Origin: Nemertoderma westbladi
Lineage: Eukaryota > Animalia > Xenacoelomorpha
Assembly (NCBI GenBank): GCA_032718475.1
Contig: JAUCBJ010004138.1
Span: forward strand, 5,263-69,262
Length of the DNA: 64,000 bases
Reading direction: 5' to 3'
The translations under genes and the position numbers were made by a program. Under the pieces are notes generated by a model. It did no database searches. It saw only the letters and a list, made by a program, of their open reading frames with translations, and was not told the DNA's origin. This document shows, piece by piece, positions 1 to 10,900 of the stretch (within the stretch, counting starts at the first letter, position 1; the number at the start of each line of letters is the position of its first letter).

Positions 1-342
1 TAACATAAATACAATCCATGGCATGGCTGTTGTAGGCTTCTGAAATAGTTTATTCCACAATGTATATGTCTGGTTATTTTTTAATTGAATTTTTGCAAAG
101 TAGTAAAATTAATGTTCTTAAAAATAATATTATTATTTTATATGTAACCTAGGAAATTAGCTACATTTTTTCGCTGCAGCTTTAAGAGTGTACATTGATT
201 TAATATTATTTCAATACCCATATTACTACATCGGCATAAGATGCGTTGGTGTTGTATCACACATCTCCACATATCACACATCTCCACATAGATGTATCAA
301 CAGTTACTCGCACAGTTTCGAAACTTCGCATAGTTATAACTG

Positions 343-634
343 TATAAAGATCGTCAGTCTGCGTTTAGGAAAAATATTTTATGACAAAACAGGACAAGCG
401 ACGAGCGCAACGAGGCATATAATTAAGACGAGTACTGCGTTGACTAAATTATTATATAAACCACCTGGCTTCACATATTTATCGCATCCCTAGTTATTAT
501 TATTATAAAGATCGTCCTAGCTTGCGTTTAAGAAATATATTTAAATACAAAACAGGACGAACGCAAAGAGGCTTATAATGAAAACGAGTACTGCGTTTAT
601 TATATTCCTATAAACCACCTGGCTTTGCATATTT
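343..634. repeat. Degenerate tandem duplication, spacing ~161 bp, 2 copies
   Basis: The blocks TATAAAGATCGTC, CAAAACAGGAC, ACGAGTACTGCGTT and TATAAACCACCTGGCTT occur in the same order at 343-480 and 504-634, with indels between them. Confidence 0.85.
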
Positions 635-850
635 AACGTGCGATTGGAAATAAGTTCGTGCTACCCTTCCGTGGGTGGTAGATGTCGCGGTTATGTATTG
701 GTGGTTGGGAAGGGTGGGGGGGGGGGAGATTAAAAGGGGTGAACACGTACTGTCCACCTTTCTTTGATTGATTGGTGGTGTGGGTAAATTTCTCAAAACC
801 TGATTTTGTGATACAGTCGCTGCATTTTAATTTGTATATAATAACTAGGC

Positions 851-881
851 CTCGTGCTGCGCGAAGTCCCCACGAACGTGT
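851..881 (-). mobile_element. 31-bp conserved dispersed motif, probable terminus of a non-autonomous element
   Basis: CTCGTGCTGCGCGAAGTCCCCACGAACGTGT is the exact reverse complement of 59848-59878. It contains a TCGTG...CACGA inverted pair and directly abuts the truncated LINE. Confidence 0.55.
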
Positions 882-1860
882 CTTTTGAACTTCTTCACGG
901 AGTCTATCTATGAAGCATTATGCACAACAGTCTCAAATAGCAACAGGGCAGCCTTATGGGTCATTAACTATGCTGACGATATCCTGGTGTTAGCGAATTC
1001 TGGGCAGTCATTGGAAAGAATGGTTCATATAATTTGCAATGAATTGGATAAATTAAAGCTACAAACCGACCCCACGAAAAGTAAAAGGGACAGTCTTCAA
1101 ATCTAGGAACACCGATCATACTCCAGCTGCACTAAATATTGGTGGAAAACTTTTGCCTGACTCCAAACTTATCAGCTTTCTGGGGGTGACTCTGAGATCG
1201 CAATGCAGGCCCCTAGCTGATTCTATACGTACTCTCACCATACTATCAGAAAGATTTCATAGAAATGGTTGGACCGCGAAACACTACCCTATAGAAGTAA
1301 TTTCACACCTCTGGAAATCAATAGCAATTCCCTCTTACTTACACTCCCAAGGATTTAGCATAGGCGCAATGTCCGTCGACGACCAAGGGCGACTTGACGC
1401 GCTATAGAAAGCTACTCCGTGGGCCGTGGCCTACTCTCTGTCGGCAACTATGTATCTAACGAATGTTTATACACTCTCTTTGACACACCACAGATCACAA
1501 CGCAATCTGTCAAGGCTTGTCTTGGAACCATACTCAGAGCTACTAATTGCCCTAATTTTTGTCTGCAACTTAGTCTTCGGGTGAACCTTCTATCAAACCT
1601 GCGATCAACTTCCAAGTTCATGGGACTCAGCAGCAGCATTAAATATGCAGCATTGGATCATGGACTCCCGTCAGTATCGTCTCTACTGAACTACCGCTAC
1701 CATAGAGGACATCTAACAGAACGCCTACGACTCCTATTATTGTGCAATTTTACTTCTAATTTACAGTTATACATGCGTTTTAATTCAATAGCCCATAAAT
1801 GAATGGGAATGTGCACCTCTTTTTAAACCGTCGGTAACCGTCGCTAATAAATAAAATAAA
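882..1860 (+). mobile_element. Decayed, 5'-truncated non-LTR retrotransposon (RT domains 5-7 and thumb), with frameshifts and stops
   Basis: Successive broken ORFs give NYADDILVLA (YADD catalytic motif), KLQTDPTKSK, SFLGVTL, LWKSIAIPSYLH and RGLLSVGNYVSNECLY in canonical LINE ORF2 order. An AATAAA-rich tail lies at ~1846-1862. Confidence 0.85.
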
Positions 1861-2169
1861 TAGGTCTCAACACACATCACACTCGTCATCCCATAGAATC
1901 ATACCATTCTTCATATTCGCGCAGCTCCTTGAAACCAGCTAAAGCTCCAGTCATCAAAGACATACAGAACTATAACAGACGTACACTGTTCTCACTCTTC
2001 ACAGAGCAGCAGCATATACCAACCAAGGCACCATCAAAAGAAACAAATTCCATTCGCAGACAAACCATTTTAAGCATCCTGGCACAAAGTATCCAAGGAT
2101 TCTAAGATTGGTCAATGGAATGATCGAATGATCTCCGGGATGGTAGTAAAAATCGCCTATAATAGGGTT

Positions 2170-2485
2170 AATAGGGAGACAACACATGACAAACGCCACG
2201 CTTTATGGTACGATACCACCTGTATCAACCACCCTCCGTGAACGCAGATTAAGATTCAGTGGGCACTGCTGGCGAAGTAAAGATGAGGTCATACCAGATC
2301 TACTTCTCTGGCAACCAACTCATGGAAAGCGTAGTCGTGGACGACCGGCCATAACATATATAGATCAACTTGAAAGGGATACTGAACTTGGGAGAAACGA
2401 AATTGCGACAACTATGGAGAATCGGGAAGCCTGGAAGGATCTCATTTCCACTGTCCGAGTTCGCTCGACCTAGTAGTAGTAGTAG
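2170..2485 (+). mobile_element. 5'-truncated RTE-clade LINE 3' end with (TAG)n tail and 12-bp target-site duplication
   Basis: ORF 2186-2473 contains RRLRFSGHCWR, LLLWQPTHGKRSRGRP and NREAWK, a typical RTE C-terminus. Its stop runs into (TAG)5. TATAATAGGGTT flanks it at 2158-2169 and 2486-2497. Confidence 0.92.
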
Positions 2486-3170
2486 TATAATAGGGTTGGA
2501 CCAGATTACACTAACTATCATACCACAAACTCCAACTGTGCACTTAATTCTTGCTATAATACTTCAAGGGATGAGCAACAGTTTACAATTCCTTCCCAAT
2601 GGCAACAATCAAAATCGACAGCAGCACTACCCGAAAATACCCATAATGCCTATCTTTATGTCAAAAGCTCAAACAGAGTTATAGCTTGGATGATATACTT
2701 AAATATGTATTTAAGATGAACATTGGGGGTTTTCTATAGAAAAGTTATACAAAACAGCAACCACACTGGTTCCCTGGGAGTGAGACTAACTGTAGAATCT
2801 GGATTGCGGGAAACCATGTTAATGGATGACTTCTGGCCAGCAAGCATTAGGTGCCAAGTAGAAAGTAAACAAATCAAACTTCAATAGGGTAGGTAGATCA
2901 TGATCACGGACCATCCAAGGACTTGGAGAATATGTACTAGAGGCCACAAAGTTTAGAATCAAGTTCTAATTTTTTATGTTAAACCGCAACACACAATGGC
3001 AGCTCCAGTCAGATAACCAAGCAACTTCAAACACCTCACATGGTACAGAGATCATCATAGTTTACGTGCAGCAGGAACAATCGATTGTCATGGTTTCACT
3101 TCTAGGGAACTAGGACAATTGCCCCCCGGACAAATGCCCCCCAGACAACGTGGTCGATTTAAAAAAAACA

Positions 3171-3445
3171 ACCAATCATGGGAAAGGAACAGGTTACAGT
3201 TACTGTATTTTCTAACCAAAATAATAAATGACACTTAAAAAAACTGGTTATATGGTCATTACAGAAATACACCAATCATGGGAAAGGAACAGGTTACAGT
3301 GACGGTGTTTTATAACCAAAATAGTAAATGATACTTAATAAAACTGGTTATATGGTCGTTACAGAAAATAAACCAATCATGAGAAAGGAACAGGTTACAG
3401 TGGCGCTGTTTTCTAACCAAAACAATAAACGATACTCAATAAAAC
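3171..3445. repeat. ~100-bp tandem repeat, ~2.7 copies
   Basis: ACCAATCATG(G/A)GAAAGGAACAGGTTACAGT starts at 3171, 3271 and 3372. An inverted partial copy follows at ~3471-3528. Confidence 0.9.
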
Positions 3446-3895
3446 TTGTATCGTCTGTGTATCCTACACTTAGTGACGTTTATTGTTTCGGTTAGAAAAT
3501 ACTGCTACATTAACCTGTTCCTTTTACCATTAATGATATACATATATATTATAATATTCCTTGATTTCCCTTCCTCCCTCCTTAGCTTCCTTCCTTTCCT
3601 TCCGTCCTACTTTAATTACTACCTACTTTCCTACTTAACTTCACTAATATCACTGAACTTAACATACACGACATATTAAATAAAATAAATTCTAACAAGT
3701 CACCAGGCTATTCTCCCATATCTCGAAAATCGAAAAAACTTATCTCCCCATACATTATTAAACAACTCACTTATTTAATAAATTATTAATCTAAAACCCG
3801 CCCGATATTTCCTATGAAACTAAAATACGCTGGAATTACACCTGATAATAAAGAAGTGATCCCCTGGAAGAAGGCAACAATAGACCAATTCCAAT

Positions 3896-4983
3896 AGGGT
3901 TGCTGCGCGAAAAAATTGCTGGGCTAGAAACAATTGAATAAGGGGTAAGAAGGTGCCCTGAATCGAGTGGCGGGGTGTGGTTTTTGTAAAAAATTGTAAA
4001 AAAAACACGTGGAATCGGTCTAAATGGCAGGTTTAAGTAAGCCCGGGTAGGCAATTTTGTAAATCGGCTGTGATTGGCTGCTACATATTTGACGTCATTA
4101 CGCAGTGCTCTGATAGTTTTTTATCTTGGTTTCTATGGATAGAGACTTTCGATCGATTCAAATACATATTAAATCTCAATCATTTCACACGTGGCTTATA
4201 TTAATTGATAGCGGAGAGTCTTGCGCGTCTATTACCACTACAATTAATTATATTCATGTTGATATAATGTTGTTTCCAGCCGTATTTACAGAAGCAATAC
4301 TGCATTCCAAGCTGTTTGAGTTTGGTCTGACGGTAAGGCCTACAGATTATTAGATTTAAAATTATACTTTATAAATACTTTATTAAACATCATACCGGTC
4401 AGTCGGTACTATAATACAGGAATAATTGGCCGTAGGTACCTAGGCTACACTTCCATATTAAAAAATGTCGCCGGCAAACTTAATGAAGTAAAGCTGCAAT
4501 ACTCAGATACTGCAATAGGCTGATAAGGGCTGAGTCAAGCGCTGACCGGTAGGCAAGGAAGTGCAGCCTATCCGTCAGGAAATCTTTTTGTGCAATTGTG
4601 AACAGCATTTTAACAATCTTCCTCATCGTGAATTTAATTAATTGTAGTGTCAAAAGAAGTGCAAGACTCTCCGCTATCAATTAATATAAGCCACGTGTGA
4701 AATGATTGAGATTTAATATGTATTTGAATCGATCGAAAGTCTCTATCCATAGAAACCAAGATAAAAAATTATCAGATCACTGCGTAATGACGTCAAATAT
4801 GTAGCAGCCAATCACAGCCGATTTACAAAATTGCCTACCGGGGCTTACTTAAACCTGCCATTTAGACCGATTCCTCGTGTTTTTTTTTTTTACAAAAAAC
4901 ACACCCCGCCACTCGATTCAGGGCACCTTCTTACCCCTTATTCAATTGTTTCTAGCCCAACAATTTTTTTGCGCACCAACCCT
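3896..4983. mobile_element. Non-autonomous DNA transposon with ~325-bp terminal inverted repeats (fold-back/MITE-like; AT flanks suggest ISL2EU type)
   Basis: 3896-4224 is a near-perfect reverse complement of 4661-4983. The ends read AT|AGGGTTG...CAACCCT|AT. There is no transposase ORF. The superfamily is inferred from RR..YY termini and a 2-bp AT duplication. Confidence 0.85.
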
Positions 4984-5041
4984 ATTACATTAGTTCTGGA
5001 AGAGATATTTTATGTATTATATTACGCAATACTTACTTAGT

Positions 5042-5348
5042 CAACAATCACTAGGAGACAACCACTAGGGTATAGGTTCCTGAGATGTGGAGTATTAATT
5101 CCCAACAATCACTAGGAGACAACCACTAGGGTATAGGTTCCTGAGATGTGGAGTATTAATTCCCAACAATCACTAGGAGACAACCACTAGGGTATAGGTT
5201 CCTGAGATGTGGAGTATTAATTCCCAACAATCACTAGGAGACAACCACTAGGGTATATAGGTTCCTGAGATGTGGAGTATTAATTCCCAATAATCACTAG
5301 GAGACAACCACTAGGGTATAGGTTCCTGAGATGTGGAGTATTAATTCC
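5042..5348. repeat. 61-bp minisatellite, 5 near-identical copies
   Basis: Unit CAACAATCACTAGGAGACAACCACTAGGGTATAGGTTCCTGAGATGTGGAGTATTAATTCC starts at 5042, 5103, 5164, 5225 and 5288. Copy 4 has an extra TA. Confidence 0.97.
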
Positions 5349-6184
5349 AAAGCCAGCAGCCATTTTATTAGCCCCTGATTTTTTATTAATAAAAGTAACA
5401 ATGAGTTGGCAAGCTATGTTTTCGAGGTAAAAAACGTTATCGTTAATTAGTTATTAATTAGTTAATTAGTATAATATTAGTTATTTTCGGTAAAATAAAC
5501 TTATCATTCGAGGTTAAGACCCCTAGGTAGTTCCTTATAATAAAATGTATAAAAAAAACCTCAAAAACAGTTTTGCCATATCCTGAAATTCCAAACTTAC
5601 GGGGTGGTGAAAGGGCAGGTCATCCTCAATTTATAATCCCCCTCAGAAACTTCTATTGAAATCGCATTTGGTTGACCGTCAAAGAAGATGGGATTGACAG
5701 GTGTTGGTAAAACGTCCGGTTTCGCAACTGGAAGCAAAAATGTAACAAAATATTACGAGATGTAAGATAATATACCGGATAGTAATGGCCGCGGATAGTA
5801 ATGGAATTAAGTGAAATGTCCCCACACCCCAAAAAAAATAATACAAATCTTAATGAGATTGCAATGAAATTTGAAACATATAAAGTTTCACCTACCTCCT
5901 TAAGCCCTGTTTATATGCGCAAAAGGTAAAGATAAATTCCTAGATGTTAGATCGGGGTTGAATTCAATAATTAAAATTGTAGTGGTCTTTTTTATGTCAA
6001 TTATGCAAGGTAGGAGGTACAGTACGATAATATTATTCTATTTATTTGTATGGAATTAATTTCGCACTTTTTTGCCCCTTAAATATATATATATTTCGCA
6101 CGTTGCCCCTTAAATATATTCCAAGATTCAGTTTAAACAGATTAAAATCAAGGAAATGGGGAAGGTTATCACTTACATACATTT

Positions 6185-6198
6185 CGCCCTCTAGCGGC
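6185..6198 (-). promoter_or_regulatory. CTCF-consensus-like motif
   Basis: The minus strand reads GCCGCTAGAGGGCG, matching the CTCF core CCRCYAGRKGGCR. This is a motif match only. Confidence 0.35.
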
Positions 6199-6897
6199 AG
6201 ACTGGATAACTGTTTATTATTATTATGGATAACCGATTACCGACCCCACAATGACACAGGATGTGTTCTATCACATATCTGACAAGTTTCAGCTTGCGGA
6301 AAGGGGCAAATATTTTTATATTTTAATTAATCTTATTTGATTCCTATTTGAGTCTCTCTCACCTCGCTGAGACCCAGTGGCTCGGCGGCAGGGGAGGCGG
6401 GAACGTGGCCTAGTCTGCGTTCTCGGGGGAGTTCGGAGGCGGCTGCAGTTCGCGCTCCTCCACTCAAACTCCCTTTGTCTGCGTGGTGGCCGGCGACCGC
6501 TGTAGGACAATGACCTCGCAGACCGATATTAATTCCTGGTGCTCCATTACTAATTATATTGTTTATATTTTTAATTGTAGTGATCTGATTGGTGATGGGA
6601 AGTTGGTGCAGTTTTATATTTTGTTCATATCTTACTCTATCTTAATATTTTGATGATCATAATTTTAGTTAAAGTTTCAATGAATTAAATAATTATAATA
6701 TAATAATAATGCAGTCGTTACACACATTTAATACAAAATTTATGATATATAAAATCGATGAAATATTTGATTGATTAATATATTTTTTCGGAATTTAATT
6801 AACCTTTCCAGACAGAGTAGAACAATTCAAGAAAATAAATAGATATTTCATTGTCATTCGTTTTTTTAATAAATCATTTTAATAAGAATAAAGTAAA

Positions 6898-7668
6898 AGT
6901 ACGCGTGGTGCACCCTTAGTTACCGTTACAGTACGCGTGGTGCACCCTTAGTTACCGTTACAGAACGCGTGGTGCATCCTTAGTTACCGTTACAGTACGC
7001 AAGGTGCACCCTTAGTTACCGTTACAGTACGCGTGGTGCATCCTTAGTTACCGTTACAGTACGCGTGGTGCACCCTTAGTTACCGTTACAGTACGCGTGG
7101 TGCACCCTTAGTTACCGTTACAGTACGCGCGGTGCACCCTTAGTTACCGTAACAGTACGCGTGGTGCACCCTTAGTTACCGTTACAGTACGCGTGGTGCA
7201 CCCTTAGTTACCGTTACAGTACGCGTGGTGCACCCATAGTTACCGTTACAGTACGCGTGGTGCACCCTTAGTTACCGTTACAGTACGCGTGGTGCACCCT
7301 TAGTTACCGTTACAGTACGCGTGGTGCACCCTTAGTTACCGTTACAGAACGCGTGGTGCATCCTTAGTTACCGTTACAGTACGCAAGGTGCACCCTTAGT
7401 TACCGTTACAGTACGCGCGGTGCACCCTTAGTTACCGTAACAGTACGCGTGGTGCACCCATAGTTACCGTTACAGTACGCGTGGTGCACCCTTAGTTACC
7501 GTTACAGTACGCGTGGTGCACCCTTAGTTACCGTTACAGTACGCGTGGTGCATCCTTAGTTACCGTTACAGTACGCAAGGTGCACCCTTAGTTACCGTTA
7601 CAGTACGCGTGGTGCACCCTTAGTTACCGTTACAGTACGCGTGGTGCACCCATAGTTACCGTTACAGT
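6898..7668. repeat. 32-bp CpG-rich minisatellite, ~24 copies
   Basis: Unit GTACGCGTGGTGCACCCTTAGTTACCGTTACA repeats head-to-tail with a few recurrent variants. Confidence 0.98.
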
Positions 7669-7913
7669 CTAAACAACACAGCGATAATGTACCTTACTTA
7701 AATGCCTCTCAGGATTAACCTCCAACTTCCAAGTAATTTTCAGTGTTCAAGTACTCGGTAATTTACTTGGAGTCTCTATACTTTATGGTAATTCTAACAG
7801 TAATTTGGCAAGAAATCATGGTCCAACGAATACTGTTGGTTCTTGTTAATTAAACGTATATACTTTCAAACTTTCAAACCGGCGGTTTTTATGAAATGTA
7901 AAAATGGCGGTTT

Positions 7914-7986
7914 TATATTATATATATTACATATATATATATATAAAATATAACATATAATATAATATAACATATATATATAAAAT
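7914..7986. repeat. Imperfect (TA)n microsatellite at the left border of the satellite
   Basis: The run TATATTATATATATTACATATATATATATAT... leads directly into the first 39-bp monomer. Confidence 0.9.
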
Positions 7987-10900
7987 ATAGAACCACAGAT
8001 TTACAATAATAACTGCAAGATTATCATAGAACCACAGATTTACAATAATAACTGCCAGTTTATTATAGAACCGCAGATTTACAATAATAACTGCCAGATT
8101 ATCATAGAACCGCAGATTTACAATAATAACTGCCAGTTTATCATAGAACCACAGATTTACAATAATAACTGCCAGTTTCTTACAGAACCACAGAGTTACA
8201 ATAATAACTGCCAGTTTATCATAGAACCGCAGATTTACAATAATAACTGCCAGATTATCATAGAACCAAAGATTTACAATAATAACTGCCAGATTATCAT
8301 AGAACCGCAGATTTACAATAATAACTGCCAATTTATCATAGAACCGCAGATTTCCAAGAATAACTGCCAGATTATCATAGAACCGCAGATTTACAATAAT
8401 AACTGCCAATTTATCATAGAACCGCAGATTTCCAAGAATAACTGCCAGATTATCATAGAACCGCAGATTTACAATAATAACTGCCAGATTATCATAGAAC
8501 CGCAGATTTACAATAATAACTGCCAATTTATCATAGAACCGCAGATTTACAATAATAACTGCCAGATTATCATAGAACCGCAGATTTACAATAATAACTG
8601 CCAGATTATCATAGAACCGCAGATTTACAATAATAACTGCCAATTTATCATAGAACCGGAGATTTACAATAATAACTGCCAGATTATCATAGAACCGCAG
8701 ATTTACAATAATAACTGCCAGATTATCATAGAACTGCAGATTTACAATAATAACTGCCAGATTATCATAGAACCGCAGATTTACACTAATAACTGCCAGA
8801 TTATCATAGAACCACAGATTTACAATAATAACTGCCAGATTATCATAGAACCGCAGATTTACAATAATAACTGCCAGTTTATCATAGAACCGCAGATTTA
8901 CAATAATAACTGCCAGATTATCATAGAACCGCAGATTTACAATAATAACTGCCAGATTATCATAGAACCGCAGATTTACAATAATAACTGCCAATTTATC
9001 ATAGAACCGCAGATTTACAATAATAACTGCCAGATTATCATACAACCGCAGATTTACAATAATAACTGCCAGATTATCATACAACCGCAGATTTACAATA
9101 ATAACTGCCAGATTATCATAGAACCGCAGATTTACAATAATAACTGCCAGATTATCATAGAACCGCAGATTTACAATAATAACTGCCAGATTATCATAGA
9201 ACCACAGATTTACAATAATAACTGCCAGATTATCATAGAACCGCAGATTTACAATAATAACTGCTAGATTATCATAGAACCGCAGATTTACCATAATAAC
9301 TGCCAGATTATCATAGAACCGCAGATTTACAATAATAACTGCCAGATTATCATAGAACCGCAGATTTACAATAATAACTGCCAGATTATCATAGAACCAC
9401 AGATTTACAATAATAACTGCCAGATTATCATAGAACCGCAGATTTACAATAATAACTGCCAGATTATCATAGAATCACAGATTTACAATAATAACTGCCA
9501 GATTATCATAGAACCGCAGATTTACAATAGTACTGCCAGATTCTCATAGAACCGCAGATTTACAATAATAACTGCCAGATTATCATAGAACCGCAGATTT
9601 ACAATAATAACTGCCAGATTATCATAGAACCACAGATTTACAATAATAACTGCCAGATTATCATAGAACCGCAGATTTACAATAATAACTGCCAGATTAT
9701 CATAGAACCACAGATTTACAATAATAACTGCCAGATTATCATAGAACCGCAGATTTACAATAATAACTGCTAGATTATCATAGAACCGCAGATTTACCAT
9801 AATAACTGCCAGATTATCATAGAACCGCAGATTTACAATAGTACTGCCAGATTATCATAGAACCGCAGATTTACAATAATAACTGCCAGTTTATCATAGA
9901 ACCACAGATTTACAATAATAACTGCCAGTTTCTTACAGAACCACAGATTTACAATAATAACTGCAAGTTTATCATAGAACCGCAGATTTACAATAATAAC
10001 TGCCAGATTATCATAGAACCGCAGATTTACAATAATAACTGTCAGATTATCATAGAACCGCAGATTTACAATAATAACTGCCAGTTTATCATAGAACCGC
10101 AGATTTACAATAATAACTGCCAGATTATCATAGAACCGCAAATTTACAATAATAACTGCCAGTTTATCATAGAACCACACAGATTTACAATAATAACTGC
10201 CAGTTTCTTACAGAACCACAGATTTACAATAATAACAGCCAGTTTATCATAGAACCGCAGATTTACAATAATAACTGCCAGATTATCATAGAACCACAGA
10301 TTTACAATAATAACTGCCAGATTATCATAGAACCGCAGATTTACAATAATAACTGCCAGATTATCATAGAATCACAGATTTACAATAATAACTGCCAGAT
10401 ATCATAGAACCGCAGATTTACAATAGTACTGCCAGATTATCATAGAAACGCAGATTTACAATAATAACTGCCAGTTTATCATAGAACCACAGATTTACAA
10501 TAATAACTGCCAGTTTCTTACAGAACCACAGATTTACAATAATAACTGCCAGTTTATCATAGAACCGCAGATTTACAATAATAACTGCCAGATTATCATA
10601 GAACCGCAGATTTACAATAATAACTGTCAGATTATCATAGAACCGCAGATTTACAATAATAACTGCCAGTTTATCATAGAACCGCAGATTTACAATAATA
10701 ACTGCCTGATTATCATAGAACCGCAAATTTACAATAATAACTGCCAGTTTATCATAGAACCACACAGATTTACAATAATAACTGCCAGTTTCTTACAGAA
10801 CCACAGATTTACAATAATAACAGCCAGTTTATCATAGAACCGCAGATTTACAATAATAACTGCCAGATTATCATAGAAACGCAGATTTACAATAATAACT

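Noticed and set aside
1999-2700. Minus-strand PIIGDFYYH as an APE endonuclease GDFN motif interrupted by the RTE insertion
   Set aside because: It is a single degenerate motif with no other endonuclease motif recognised, which is insufficient support.
3820-5040. Paired ORFs 3836-4054(-) and 4831-5040(+) with near-identical peptides
   Set aside because: They are mirror products of the terminal inverted repeats and have no protein motifs.
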